Of a stretch of DNA of 64,000 bases, positions 20,001-29,498 are shown in pieces. Below the pieces are notes generated by a model that did not search any database, was not told where the DNA came from, and worked only from the letters and a program-made list of their open reading frames with translations. Source of the DNA: Thermoproteota archaeon (GTDB lineage Archaea > Thermoproteota > Thermoprotei > Gearchaeales > Gearchaeaceae); the NCBI GenBank assembly GCA_021324265.1, contig JAJPJK010000004.1:64811-128810 (forward strand), given 5' to 3'. Each line of letters starts with the position of its first letter. Positions within the stretch are counted from its first letter, which is position 1. Both the position numbers and the translations under genes were made by a program.

Positions 20001-20915
20001 ATGCGTATCTGCTCCTTTTTGCCAAGTGCAACTGAAATCCTCTATGAGCTAGGTTTGGGTGATAAGATTTATGGCGTAAGTTACGCATGTGATTACCCTC
20101 CAGAAGTCAAAAACAAACCAGTTGTAGTCAAAAGCGCAATAAATACAGCTAACATGAGTAGTGAAGAAATAGACATAATTATCAGCAAATACTATAGAGA
20201 AAAGCGAGATCTTTATGTATTGGATGAAAAATTACTGAAGGAGATTAGGCCAGATGTAATAATAGCTCAAGGAATATGTGAAGTTTGTTCTCCTCATAAC
20301 AAGGAAGTTGAAAAAGCAAGAAAAATCTTAACCAATTCACCAAAAGTTATCTCACTTGACGCTCATGATGTCGATGAAATTCTAGATAGCATCCTATATC
20401 TTTCAAGGGAACTAGGTGTGGAAAAAAGAGGAAATGAACTAGTAACATCTATGATCGAGAGAATATCATATATTCAGAAGCGTTGTCTAGAATCGAAATC
20501 AAAACCAAAAGTTCTTTGCCTAGAATGGCTCAAACCTCTATATAACGCTGGCCATTGGGTACCTCATATGGTGGAGATATGCAATGGAATTAACTGTATA
20601 GGCGCTAAAAAAATGCCTTCAAGGAGAATAATATGGGAAGAAATAAGGGAAGCGGATCCAGATATCATCATATGCATGCCTTGTGGTTTCGATTTAAAAC
20701 GCACACTTAGCGAGATAAATACTCTCGAATATAATGACGAATGGAATAAACTTAGGGCTGTGAGAAATGGAGAGGTATACGCAGTTGAGGCGAGTTCCTA
20801 TTTCAGCAGGCCTAGTCATAGAGTTGTAAAAGGCATAGAAATTCTTGCTAAAATCTTGCACCCTTACCTATTTCAAGACTTAGATGTGGACAAATACTAT
20901 AAGAAGATATATTAA
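20001..20915 (+). CDS. Class III periplasmic-binding-protein-like protein (BtuF/FecB/TroA-like) with no signal peptide.
   Basis: N-terminus SFLPSATEILYELGLGDKIYGVSYACDYPPE resembles the BtuF-type motif (LsPsnTEil.alG..d.ivGvs...dYP). It starts at residue 5 with no hydrophobic leader. Confidence 0.5.
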   Translation: MRICSFLPSATEILYELGLGDKIYGVSYACDYPPEVKNKPVVVKSAINTANMSSEEIDIIISKYYREKRDLYVLDEKLLKEIRPDVIIAQGICEVCSPHNKEVEKARKILTNSPKVISLDAHDVDEILDSILYLSRELGVEKRGNELVTSMIERISYIQKRCLESKSKPKVLCLEWLKPLYNAGHWVPHMVEICNGINCIGAKKMPSRRIIWEEIREADPDIIICMPCGFDLKRTLSEINTLEYNDEWNKLRAVRNGEVYAVEASSYFSRPSHRVVKGIEILAKILHPYLFQDLDVDKYYKKIY

Positions 20916-20939
20916 AAATTTTGATTTAACAATCATTAC

Positions 20940-21362
20940 ATGCTATCAGAAATAATAACAATAATCATCCTCACCTTAACTGGTGAATTAATTGTAGCAT
21001 TACCTGCAGCGCTAGTATTAGGTATGGATCCGCTTCAAGCATTGACAATCGTAGTCCTCACTAATATATTTCCATCGATACCAATTTTTAAATTTTTTAA
21101 TTTTTTAAATAAAAAAGAAAATAAGTTCGTTAAATTCCTTATGAAAAGAGGTGAATATCTTAAAAATAAAGGCGGAAAAGGGATAGACGTTACAGTATTG
21201 CTGATAACACCCCTAATAGGCGTATATGCGATCTCAATTATTCTTGCATTTATGAAAATTTCTAGCGTGAAAGGCATAGCGCTGCAGCTGCTCAGTTTAC
21301 TAATTTGGGGTAGCGTTATCATTGTAAGCTATTTACTAATAAAAACTTCCTTTGTTGCATAA
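20940..21362 (+). CDS. Small membrane protein, possibly of the small-multidrug-export (PF06695-like) family.
   Basis: 140 aa with 3-4 TM helices. GELIVALPAALVLGMDP resembles the conserved ELRxAIPxG segment of that family. Weak. Confidence 0.3.
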   Translation: MLSEIITIIILTLTGELIVALPAALVLGMDPLQALTIVVLTNIFPSIPIFKFFNFLNKKENKFVKFLMKRGEYLKNKGGKGIDVTVLLITPLIGVYAISIILAFMKISSVKGIALQLLSLLIWGSVIIVSYLLIKTSFVA

Positions 21363-21551
21363 GCAAACATTTTAACTACTACAAACTTATTTCAGTATGC
21401 AATCAAGATTCTTAAACTTGATAAAGCTCATCTTCAAAACCCGCTACACAACGGCTACCCTATTCCTCTTATTTTTCTTCTTGCCATAAATTCAATAACT
21501 AGATCCTTCGAAGGAAACTATGAGATCCCTTATTTCCTAAGGTTATATTAT

Positions 21552-22793
21552 GTGGGAATATTTATCATGCTTTGTATCATAGCTTTAGCTGCAGGAGGGT
21601 TAATACTACTGAAGTCAGACGCAGATTATTTATTAACATTACCGATATCGAAAATACAAATCATAGTGTCTTTTTTCATAATCCAGTTTTTTGCGTATAG
21701 TATACCTTTGTTATATTTACTAACTTCATTCTTTGCACTTAACAATCTAATAACAATAACTACAACCATTGCACTACTCTTGTTCTTAACTTCTTTGAGC
21801 ATAATATCATTTAGCCTTTCCCCTAAATTCAAAGCGCTAACTCTAATATTATTAGTTATTTGGCTAGCGCTCCCTTTTTTTGGGATATATTACTCTCCTT
21901 CAGGTATCTTTTTTGATACATCACCATTTGTACTTGCAATAACAGCTTCAAGTGCAGCGATTAGCCTCATTCTTTCAGCAAGAATATTAATGAATACTGA
22001 ACTTGAACTGGCCAAAAAAACTGTATCTCTAACTTCTGGGAATGTGAAAAATGGAATTTCATTCGTGGGGTCTAAAGGAATGAAAGCGATCAGTAAATTT
22101 TACAACTCAGGCTTTATGCTTACGCTTAGGATGAATCTAATGGGCATATCAAGAATATCAACAGTAAGAGTAAATCTTAAATATCTCCTTTTAGCTACAA
22201 GCATTTTGAGTTTAATATTTGTAATCCTTTTTAACTTGTTTATATCAAAATATGGAGCAGTAAAACTTTCAGTTTTCTCAGTTCTGCCAACTATTAGCCT
22301 TTTAATAGGAGTTTTGTTCACTGCAGGTACATTGAGTCATGAAAGGATATGGCTAGCTTTCACCTCCACTGATCCTGCTTTATACTTGAGACAAGTATTC
22401 ATTTCAAGATTCCTTACAGTTTTACTTCTCTTCTTACCTTTTTCAGTTGCGAGCACATATCTTTATTTAACTGGAATTCATGAAGGTTTGAACCTTATAT
22501 TGGTTTATTTGGTCTTAATACCTTCTTTCAGCTCTATTTTTATATTTATAACCAACTGGATAAGACCGGTTCAAATTAAAGAAGAGACATACACAGCTAC
22601 CCAACTCACGCTTAGAGACGTAATGATAATGTTCTTCTTCTTTTTAGTATGGGCAATAGGCATTCTTTCAATAATACAAATAATCGCAATAGCCTCTAGT
22701 GTTTTCTTCCTTTCCTTATTCCTGTATCTAACTAACAGAAAAGATATTTTGAGAAATTTGGCTTATAAACTTGCAGAGAACGGTTTTATTTGA
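21552..22793 (+). CDS. Hypothetical polytopic membrane protein.
   Basis: 413 aa with at least 10 hydrophobic helices. No recognisable motif. Confidence 0.4.
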   Translation: MGIFIMLCIIALAAGGLILLKSDADYLLTLPISKIQIIVSFFIIQFFAYSIPLLYLLTSFFALNNLITITTTIALLLFLTSLSIISFSLSPKFKALTLILLVIWLALPFFGIYYSPSGIFFDTSPFVLAITASSAAISLILSARILMNTELELAKKTVSLTSGNVKNGISFVGSKGMKAISKFYNSGFMLTLRMNLMGISRISTVRVNLKYLLLATSILSLIFVILFNLFISKYGAVKLSVFSVLPTISLLIGVLFTAGTLSHERIWLAFTSTDPALYLRQVFISRFLTVLLLFLPFSVASTYLYLTGIHEGLNLILVYLVLIPSFSSIFIFITNWIRPVQIKEETYTATQLTLRDVMIMFFFFLVWAIGILSIIQIIAIASSVFFLSLFLYLTNRKDILRNLAYKLAENGFI

Positions 22794-23365
22794 TAACTTT
22801 TTTAAAATATCTTTATATACATACATTTTTGAAATATCACATGACTCTAAGGGATGGTAAATTACTTGGAGGAATTGGGGCAATATTGCTATTGATACCA
22901 TACTTGGATCTCGTCGGTTTTATTTTGGTATTAATAGGGCTTAAATTCATTTCAGATGAGGTCAAAAGACCAAGCATATTCAACAACGCATTGTATGCAG
23001 TGATCCTTGGAATAATTGGCCTTGGAATAATTGCTATTTCAGGCTTCTCCATAATAGGATCTTTATTCATTAACATATTTGCTCTATTATTTACTGCAAT
23101 ACTGATTGCTGTAGGAGCAGTTATTTTGATATTAGGTATGTGGTTTTTCAGGAGAGCCTTAGATGAAACAGGAGATACCTTTAATCAAAGCTATTTTAAA
23201 ACAGCAGGCTTGCTATTTTTTATAGGAGCTATACTAGCGATAACAATAATAGGTTTCATAGTGACTTTTATACTCTTTTTAATAGCTGCTATATTTCTTA
23301 TACTTGCATTCTTTTCCCTACCCGACCAATACACTCCTCCAGCACAGCCTGCTCCAACTCCCTAA
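22790..23365 (+). CDS. Hypothetical membrane protein with a Pro-rich C-terminus.
   Basis: 191 aa with 4-5 TM helices. C-terminal YTPPAQPAPTP. 4-nt overlap with the upstream gene. Confidence 0.4.
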   Translation: MITFLKYLYIHTFLKYHMTLRDGKLLGGIGAILLLIPYLDLVGFILVLIGLKFISDEVKRPSIFNNALYAVILGIIGLGIIAISGFSIIGSLFINIFALLFTAILIAVGAVILILGMWFFRRALDETGDTFNQSYFKTAGLLFFIGAILAITIIGFIVTFILFLIAAIFLILAFFSLPDQYTPPAQPAPTP

Positions 23366-23397
23366 ACTTAATATTATAGTTTTTTCTCCTTAGAACA

Positions 23398-24693
23398 ATG
23401 CAGTCAAATTTCGCTATAGCCTTAATCATCTTTTTATTAACTTACTCTGCGATCATTTACTCGAATGTAAAGAACAAAGGATACCCTATTTGGCTCATTA
23501 TGGGAATTGGAGCTTTAGCTATGGTTTTAAGTGGTGTTTTAAGAGTGGATGAGGCGTATAGCTCAATAAATCTCAGGGTGATAGTATTCCTTTTTAGCAT
23601 GCTTGTTTTCGCATCTGCATTAGAAATTTCAGGAGCAATTGAAATGTTCGCAACATATATGCTCAGTAGGGCAAGAACACCCAACATGATACTTTTAATG
23701 ATACTTCTAGGTATAGGTTTACTCTCTTCAATACTTATGAATGATACACTTGCGTTAATAGGGACACCGCTTGTGATAGAACTATCGAAGAAAATGAAGA
23801 TTTCACCAAAACCTTTGCTAATTACATTAGCCTTTTCAGTCACAATAGGAAGTGTAATGACACCTATAGGAAACCCACAAAATCTGCTTATCGCCATCGA
23901 AAGCGGAATTAAAGCTCCATTCATATTCTTTCTCTACTTCCTTGCAGTGCCAACGATTCTAAACATTTTCTTAACTTACTTTTTAATCTCAAAATATTTT
24001 TCAAACTACATGAAAGAAGCGAAGACGAATTTTAGACAGGTCATTGAATTCGATGTTAAAACTATGAAATTGAAAGATGAAAAACTAGCTAAGCTCTCAA
24101 TTGCAACACTTGTATTTACAATCTTATTCATTCTAGTTGTTAACACGCTTGAACTTTTAGGTATAAGCTTTGAATTTCAAATAAGCGAGATTTCTCTAAT
24201 AGGTGCTTTGATTCTGCTGGCTTTATCTAACAAAAGAAGAGAATTGATTTTGAGGCTCGATTGGAGTGTTCTATTGCTTTTTGCTTCTTTATTCGTTCTT
24301 ATCCAAGGTGTTTGGAACGGAGGAGTGATTGCATTCTTCGCAAGCTATCTGCCAGATCTTAACCCAAACAATAGTCTCTCAATACTTAACATACTTCTCC
24401 AAAGTACGCTGCTAAGTCAATTCATGAGTAATGTGCCAATGGTCACTTTATATTTGCCTTTAATGAAACATCTAGGATTCGAACCTTCAAACGTAAACGC
24501 ATGGATAGCTTTAGCAGCAGGAAGCACTATAGCCGGTAATCTGACTTTAATAGGAGCTGCAAGCAATTTAATCATTTGCGAAGCCGCAGAAACAAGAGGA
24601 TTCAGACTTGGGTTTACAGAATTCCTAAAAATTGGCCTCCCTGTAACCATTATGAATTTATTGATACTTTATCCTTTTCTTGTGCTTTTATAG
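23398..24693 (+). CDS. ArsB/NhaD-superfamily permease (anion or Na+/H+ transporter).
   Basis: The duplicated IGNPQNLLI-type motif (here TPIGNPQNLLIAI) is diagnostic for the ArsB/NhaD/CitMHS permease fold. 431 aa. Confidence 0.7.
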   Translation: MQSNFAIALIIFLLTYSAIIYSNVKNKGYPIWLIMGIGALAMVLSGVLRVDEAYSSINLRVIVFLFSMLVFASALEISGAIEMFATYMLSRARTPNMILLMILLGIGLLSSILMNDTLALIGTPLVIELSKKMKISPKPLLITLAFSVTIGSVMTPIGNPQNLLIAIESGIKAPFIFFLYFLAVPTILNIFLTYFLISKYFSNYMKEAKTNFRQVIEFDVKTMKLKDEKLAKLSIATLVFTILFILVVNTLELLGISFEFQISEISLIGALILLALSNKRRELILRLDWSVLLLFASLFVLIQGVWNGGVIAFFASYLPDLNPNNSLSILNILLQSTLLSQFMSNVPMVTLYLPLMKHLGFEPSNVNAWIALAAGSTIAGNLTLIGAASNLIICEAAETRGFRLGFTEFLKIGLPVTIMNLLILYPFLVLL

Positions 24694-24731
24694 CTTATAA
24701 AACTTTATATTAGAAATTTCAATTCAAGGTT

Positions 24732-25256
24732 GTGAAAAGGAGTCAGAGAAATGTCATAATCGCTTCAGTTGTTTTGATATTCATAGCTGGAATTTTGTTA
24801 TTGACTTTACAAGGCCAGCAAAGTTCTGGCGGTCAAGCCATTGATTTACAGCTACCAGTCATCAACGCAAATGGTCTTACAGGATCGACTGCGAGACTTT
24901 CAGATTTTAAAGGAAATGTAATATTCTTGGAATTCGCAGTAGAATGGTGCCCCCACTGTAGGAATATGGTTGGTACTATCTCACAACTTTACAATAACTT
25001 CCATAACAAAGGAGTTGTTTTCATTACCATAATGCTGAGCGCAAACACTGATATAAATAAGACTGCACAGTTCATTAAGCAATACGGTATTACTTGGTTA
25101 AGCCTATATGATATTAACGGCGAAGCTCAAACTAAATATAATATACAGTACACACCCACTTTCATAATTATAGACAAAAACTTCAATATAAGTTACAAAA
25201 CTGAAGGAGAGACTTCCTATGATACCTTAGCAAACCAGCTTTCAAAGCTGCTATAG
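24732..25256 (+). CDS. Membrane-anchored thioredoxin-fold thiol:disulfide oxidoreductase (TlpA/redoxin-like).
   Basis: N-terminal TM anchor, then a thioredoxin fold with WCPHC active site (CxxC). Confidence 0.7.
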   Translation: MKRSQRNVIIASVVLIFIAGILLLTLQGQQSSGGQAIDLQLPVINANGLTGSTARLSDFKGNVIFLEFAVEWCPHCRNMVGTISQLYNNFHNKGVVFITIMLSANTDINKTAQFIKQYGITWLSLYDINGEAQTKYNIQYTPTFIIIDKNFNISYKTEGETSYDTLANQLSKLL

Positions 25257-25294
25257 TCATGATATTCTAGCAAAAACAATGAATAAAATTTGAA

Positions 25295-26497
25295 ATGCTA
25301 AAGGAGGAAATTGTGTCTATCCACAAGGGAGAAATACTTCTTGTTAGCGGGCCTTGTCAAGCCAAGCTATTCAGCGGAAAAGCTCATTGCTTAGGCAAAG
25401 GATTTAAAGAACTCATCGTAAGGAAGGGGAAGAGCTTACCCATAGAAACTGAAGAAGAAATAGCTTCTATAAAGCTTACTTTATACGAGACGGCAAATTA
25501 CGAAATACATAAGGGAGGAATAGGCTATTCAATATGGAAGGATGAACTTAAAAAATACTATAATGGGCTTGGTAAAGAAATAAAAACTATAGCAGTTCTT
25601 GGTCCCACCGATTCGGGAAAAAGTACATTGACAGTGATATTATCAAATTTAGCTCTTTCACAAAAAATAAAAGTAGGCATAATAGATGGCGATATTGGCC
25701 AAGCAGACTTAACTCCACCCTGTTTTATAGGATGCAAACTTTTAAAAGAAGAACTATTCGATCTAAGAGATACACAAGCTGACTTCATTTTGCCAATAGG
25801 ATTCGTAGATGTTAGCTTAAACGAAGAATTGGTAATTGAGTCAATAAAAAAAGGAAAAGATCTTCTTAAGGATGCGGAACTGATAATAATAAATACTGAT
25901 GGCTTTATAGAAGGAGCAGGCCTAACATATAAGATTAAAATGTTAAAAGAGCTACAACCTGATCTTATCTTTTTAATAGACAATGAAAATTTGAAAAATG
26001 CTTTTTCAAATCTAGGAATAAAGCTAGCGACGCTAAGCGCACCTAAAGGTGTTATGAAGAGCAAGGAGACGAGAATCCAGAGGAGAGAGATGCAATATGC
26101 CAAATTCATAAGCACCAACAACAGAATTGTTTTGGAAATAAAAAATCTGAATTTAGGTTTCCTTGGGAAAAAATTTTCTGGATGGTTTGAAGAAGGTGGA
26201 ATTTATACGCTTTATGATGAAACAAATCAAAAAATGAGGATATTCCACTCAGAAGAATCAACGATAATTGTAAATAGCGCTTTCAAATCTATCAACTTAC
26301 CTCTTAGTGCGTTTGAAAATATGCTCGTCGGAATAGAAAAAGAAGGTAAGATACAGGGTTTTGGGATAATTGAAAAGATCATCGATAATAAAATTAGGTT
26401 GATAACTGATATGAAACCTAAAATCGATACTCTATGGCTAACCGTTATTAAACTGATTAATTGGAATGAACAAAAAATCAGAATCTTAAGAATATAG
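25295..26497 (+). CDS. Clp1/Grc3-family polynucleotide 5'-hydroxyl kinase (archaeal Clp1 homolog).
   Basis: P-loop VLGPTDSGKSTL followed by the DxDxGQ clasp motif (IIDGDIGQAD). These are the two hallmarks of Clp1/Nol9/Grc3 kinases. About 400 aa with N- and C-terminal flanking domains. Confidence 0.6.
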   Translation: MLKEEIVSIHKGEILLVSGPCQAKLFSGKAHCLGKGFKELIVRKGKSLPIETEEEIASIKLTLYETANYEIHKGGIGYSIWKDELKKYYNGLGKEIKTIAVLGPTDSGKSTLTVILSNLALSQKIKVGIIDGDIGQADLTPPCFIGCKLLKEELFDLRDTQADFILPIGFVDVSLNEELVIESIKKGKDLLKDAELIIINTDGFIEGAGLTYKIKMLKELQPDLIFLIDNENLKNAFSNLGIKLATLSAPKGVMKSKETRIQRREMQYAKFISTNNRIVLEIKNLNLGFLGKKFSGWFEEGGIYTLYDETNQKMRIFHSEESTIIVNSAFKSINLPLSAFENMLVGIEKEGKIQGFGIIEKIIDNKIRLITDMKPKIDTLWLTVIKLINWNEQKIRILRI

Positions 26498-27715
26498 AAA
26501 TTTACCCAGATCAATATCTTCTCTTGAGAATATACCTATATCCTTAATCTCGAATCTTTTCTTAATCAATTCTTTGGCTACATTTAAGTCTTTGAAAGTG
26601 TTTACTGCAAGAACAGAATTTAGAACCGAATTATCGAAGTAGAATTTAAGAAAGCCTGTCTTTAGATCAATCTCACCCCTCCTAACGCTTTGGAACTTGT
26701 TATTTAACTCCCCATAAACATATACGCTCAACTCAGCCATACGTGAAAAGAAATAAGGGAGCTCATCGAAAGCTTGTCTTTCACCAGCCATGTTCTTTCC
26801 GGCAATCTTTCCGTGCTTTACTGCGACGTCATAGTGTTCTACGCGCATATATTTCTTAAAAATCGGGCTATAGAACATCGCTATGTCTCCAGCAGCATAT
26901 ATATCCTGCACACTAGTTTCGAGAAATTCATTCGTAATTACGCCATTATCTACTTTGATACCCGCGTTTCTAGCTAGATCTACATTTGGATTTATCCCTA
27001 CACCTATTAGCGCGAAATCTGCTTCTATGACCTCACCGTTATTCGTCTCAACAGCTTTTATTTTACCATTCTCTCCTATAATACGTGAAGCTGAAGTATT
27101 TGTATATATTTTAACACCTTTACTTTTAAGGAAATTCTCAATAATTATTGACATCTCTTCGTCAAGAACGCGAGAAAGCAGATGAGGCGTAAGCTCAAGC
27201 ATAGTTACTTCTATGTTTTTCTTAGCTAAGACTGAAGCAACTTCACAGCCTATGAAGCCACCACCAATAATAACAGCCTTCTTAGTACTGCTCAACCAAT
27301 CTTTTATCATATCACAGTCAGCAAGTGATCGAAGATGAAATACGCCCTTCAAGTCTGAGCCCTCTATTTTCAATCTTCTTGGAGTACCTCCCGTTGCAAT
27401 GAGGAGTTTTTCATAATGAACCCAGTTTCCGTCATTCAACTTTACTCGTTTATTGCTCGGATCTATCTCAACAGCACTTTTACCTAAGATAAGCTCAATT
27501 TTATTCTTATCATAGAAATCTTGTTTTTTAAGAAAAATGCTTTCCCGCTTTATCCTTCCTTCAAGATATCCCTTCGAAAGTACAGTCCTATCATATGGAA
27601 GAGTACTTTCCTGTGAAATGATGGCAAGTGCTCCTTCTTTGTCTTTCTCTCTAATACTTTGAGCAGCATAAAAGCCTGAAATCCCTCCACCCAATATAAG
27701 ATAACGGTAATTCAT
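26486..27715 (-). CDS. FAD-dependent pyridine-nucleotide-disulfide-oxidoreductase-fold flavoprotein of the ferredoxin/rubredoxin-reductase (AIF-like) family.
   Basis: N-terminal GGGISG FAD motif. TLPYDRTVLSK motif typical of ferredoxin-reductase/AIF-type enzymes. Second Rossmann motif IIGGGFIGCE. No CoADR-type active-site Cys. Confidence 0.7.
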   Translation of the reverse strand: MNYRYLILGGGISGFYAAQSIREKDKEGALAIISQESTLPYDRTVLSKGYLEGRIKRESIFLKKQDFYDKNKIELILGKSAVEIDPSNKRVKLNDGNWVHYEKLLIATGGTPRRLKIEGSDLKGVFHLRSLADCDMIKDWLSSTKKAVIIGGGFIGCEVASVLAKKNIEVTMLELTPHLLSRVLDEEMSIIIENFLKSKGVKIYTNTSASRIIGENGKIKAVETNNGEVIEADFALIGVGINPNVDLARNAGIKVDNGVITNEFLETSVQDIYAAGDIAMFYSPIFKKYMRVEHYDVAVKHGKIAGKNMAGERQAFDELPYFFSRMAELSVYVYGELNNKFQSVRRGEIDLKTGFLKFYFDNSVLNSVLAVNTFKDLNVAKELIKKRFEIKDIGIFSREDIDLGKFLYS

Positions 27716-28530
27716 CTAAGCTTGAGATTTTTCCAAAGATCTCTGTCACCCCAAAGTCCTAATCTCCATGCGTTAAATTCTACAATCTGTGAATGGTCGA
27801 TGAATACATTAACATCTCTACCTACATTCTTAATATACCATTTGAAAACTGGAGGATCAGCAGCTTCAAACATAAGCTTTTCATAACCGAATTTAGCAAT
27901 CATTTCCTTAATTACATCTAACCTCCATTTTTCAGGGGGAAGATCCTCAGTAAGGCCCTCAGATTCTATCATGAGCATCTCAACATTGCTTGCCAAAAAT
28001 TTCTCTATTTCTTTGAAGAAATCATCTAGAGCGCGTAGTTCAAGCTCATAACCTATTATATGGGTACCTCCTCCCGCACCTTTCATTAGGGAAATTTCTG
28101 GCTTCGCTTTCATGGACCTTTTCTGAACTTCCTTAACTAGACTTAACTTATAATCAAGTGGCATGTCTATGAATCCACTAGATATTTCCACTACATCGAA
28201 ACCCAAGCTCTTGCATTCTTCTAAGTATTGTTCAACAGCTTTTTCACCCTGAAGTATTACACGTTCAATCATCCCTCCTGTAGATACATATACTCCATAA
28301 TCATGGCAAAGGTTGATTATCTCTCGAACACGATCATAATTGAGTAATCTCTGAGAACCCCCTGCAAATTTGAAACCATCAAAATACTCTGACCAATCTT
28401 CCAAAAGCCCCTTTAAATAACTCAAAGATACTGAAGTATAATACGGTCCACGGATTTCAACGACAGCTTTTTTTCTAGGCTTTGGAGGTAATTCATGTAT
28501 CTTTAAAAAGTCGAAAGCTTTTCTTGTCAT
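27712..28530 (-). CDS. (2R)-phospho-3-sulfolactate synthase (ComA) family protein.
   Basis: N-terminal FDFLKIHELPPKPRKKAVVEIRG matches the ComA-family start (FL.i.eRPeKPR..G.T.v.DkG). TIM-barrel size, 272 aa. 4-nt overlap with the flavoprotein gene. Confidence 0.6.
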   Translation of the reverse strand: MTRKAFDFLKIHELPPKPRKKAVVEIRGPYYTSVSLSYLKGLLEDWSEYFDGFKFAGGSQRLLNYDRVREIINLCHDYGVYVSTGGMIERVILQGEKAVEQYLEECKSLGFDVVEISSGFIDMPLDYKLSLVKEVQKRSMKAKPEISLMKGAGGGTHIIGYELELRALDDFFKEIEKFLASNVEMLMIESEGLTEDLPPEKWRLDVIKEMIAKFGYEKLMFEAADPPVFKWYIKNVGRDVNVFIDHSQIVEFNAWRLGLWGDRDLWKNLKLR

Positions 28531-28553
28531 GAGTTTTTAACTAAGCTATATGA

Positions 28554-29321
28554 CTAATAAGAATTTTTGAAGAATAAGGTTCGTGCATTCTTAGTCGTTA
28601 TTTGACATACTTCATCATAAGAAACTTTTTTAATCTCAGCTATTTTACCAGCCGAGATGACTACATTCGATGGAGTATTCCTCATTCCTTTCTCAGGACC
28701 CAATACAGGCGAATCGCTTTCAAGCATTAGATTTTCCAAAGGTAGGTGCCTTACGAGCTTTTGCTTTTGCTCAGATCTTACAATTGATGGCGGTATGGAA
28801 AAGTAGAAACCACGCTTCGCTCCTTCAATAGCATAACCAACTGAACCATCGAAAGCATGCATCAAGACTTGCTCTGCGCCAGCTTCTATCAACATATTTA
28901 TAGCATACTTTCCAGCGCTTCTAGAATGAACTACAATAGGCATTCTCATTTCCTTAGCAAATTCTATCCATTTCCTGAAGATAGCTTTGTTCCTTTCTTG
29001 CAATGCATCATTCCTAAATATGAAAAAATCCAAACCTACTTCTCCTATACCGATGATACGCTCTTTGTTCTTCGTTATGTAATCCATTACCCAGCTTACC
29101 TTTTCTTCGTCTAAAAGCGAATAATCGAGCCCAACTGTACAATAAACAAACCCTTTGTATTTTTCAACGATAGCTTCAGTTTTCTTTATAGATTTCTCAT
29201 CCAGAGCTGAGGTCACTATGCAAGAAACACCTACTTTTTTTGCATTTTCCAAGACTTTATCTAAGTCTGAGCCAAAGGCGTCATCATCGATATGACAGTG
29301 AACATCAATTAATTCAGGCAT
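28554..29321 (-). CDS. TatD-family metal-dependent hydrolase/DNase.
   Basis: N-terminal LIDVHCHID, internal GEVGLD, C-terminal HSR and ESDSP motifs of TatD. Confidence 0.8.
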   Translation of the reverse strand: MPELIDVHCHIDDDAFGSDLDKVLENAKKVGVSCIVTSALDEKSIKKTEAIVEKYKGFVYCTVGLDYSLLDEEKVSWVMDYITKNKERIIGIGEVGLDFFIFRNDALQERNKAIFRKWIEFAKEMRMPIVVHSRSAGKYAINMLIEAGAEQVLMHAFDGSVGYAIEGAKRGFYFSIPPSIVRSEQKQKLVRHLPLENLMLESDSPVLGPEKGMRNTPSNVVISAGKIAEIKKVSYDEVCQITTKNARTLFFKNSY

Positions 29322-29498
29322 ACATTACAACTCCCGTAATCGGTCATAAGTTTAACTATTTGCGGAATCACCAATCTATTCCAAGAGAGTTTAGCTCCTA
29401 TAACTAATCTTGAATATGAATAGTTTATCTGCCGCGAACAAGTCTTTTGCGTAGAAATATGAATAAATTTATTTTATGAAACGAACCATAAAAAGACA

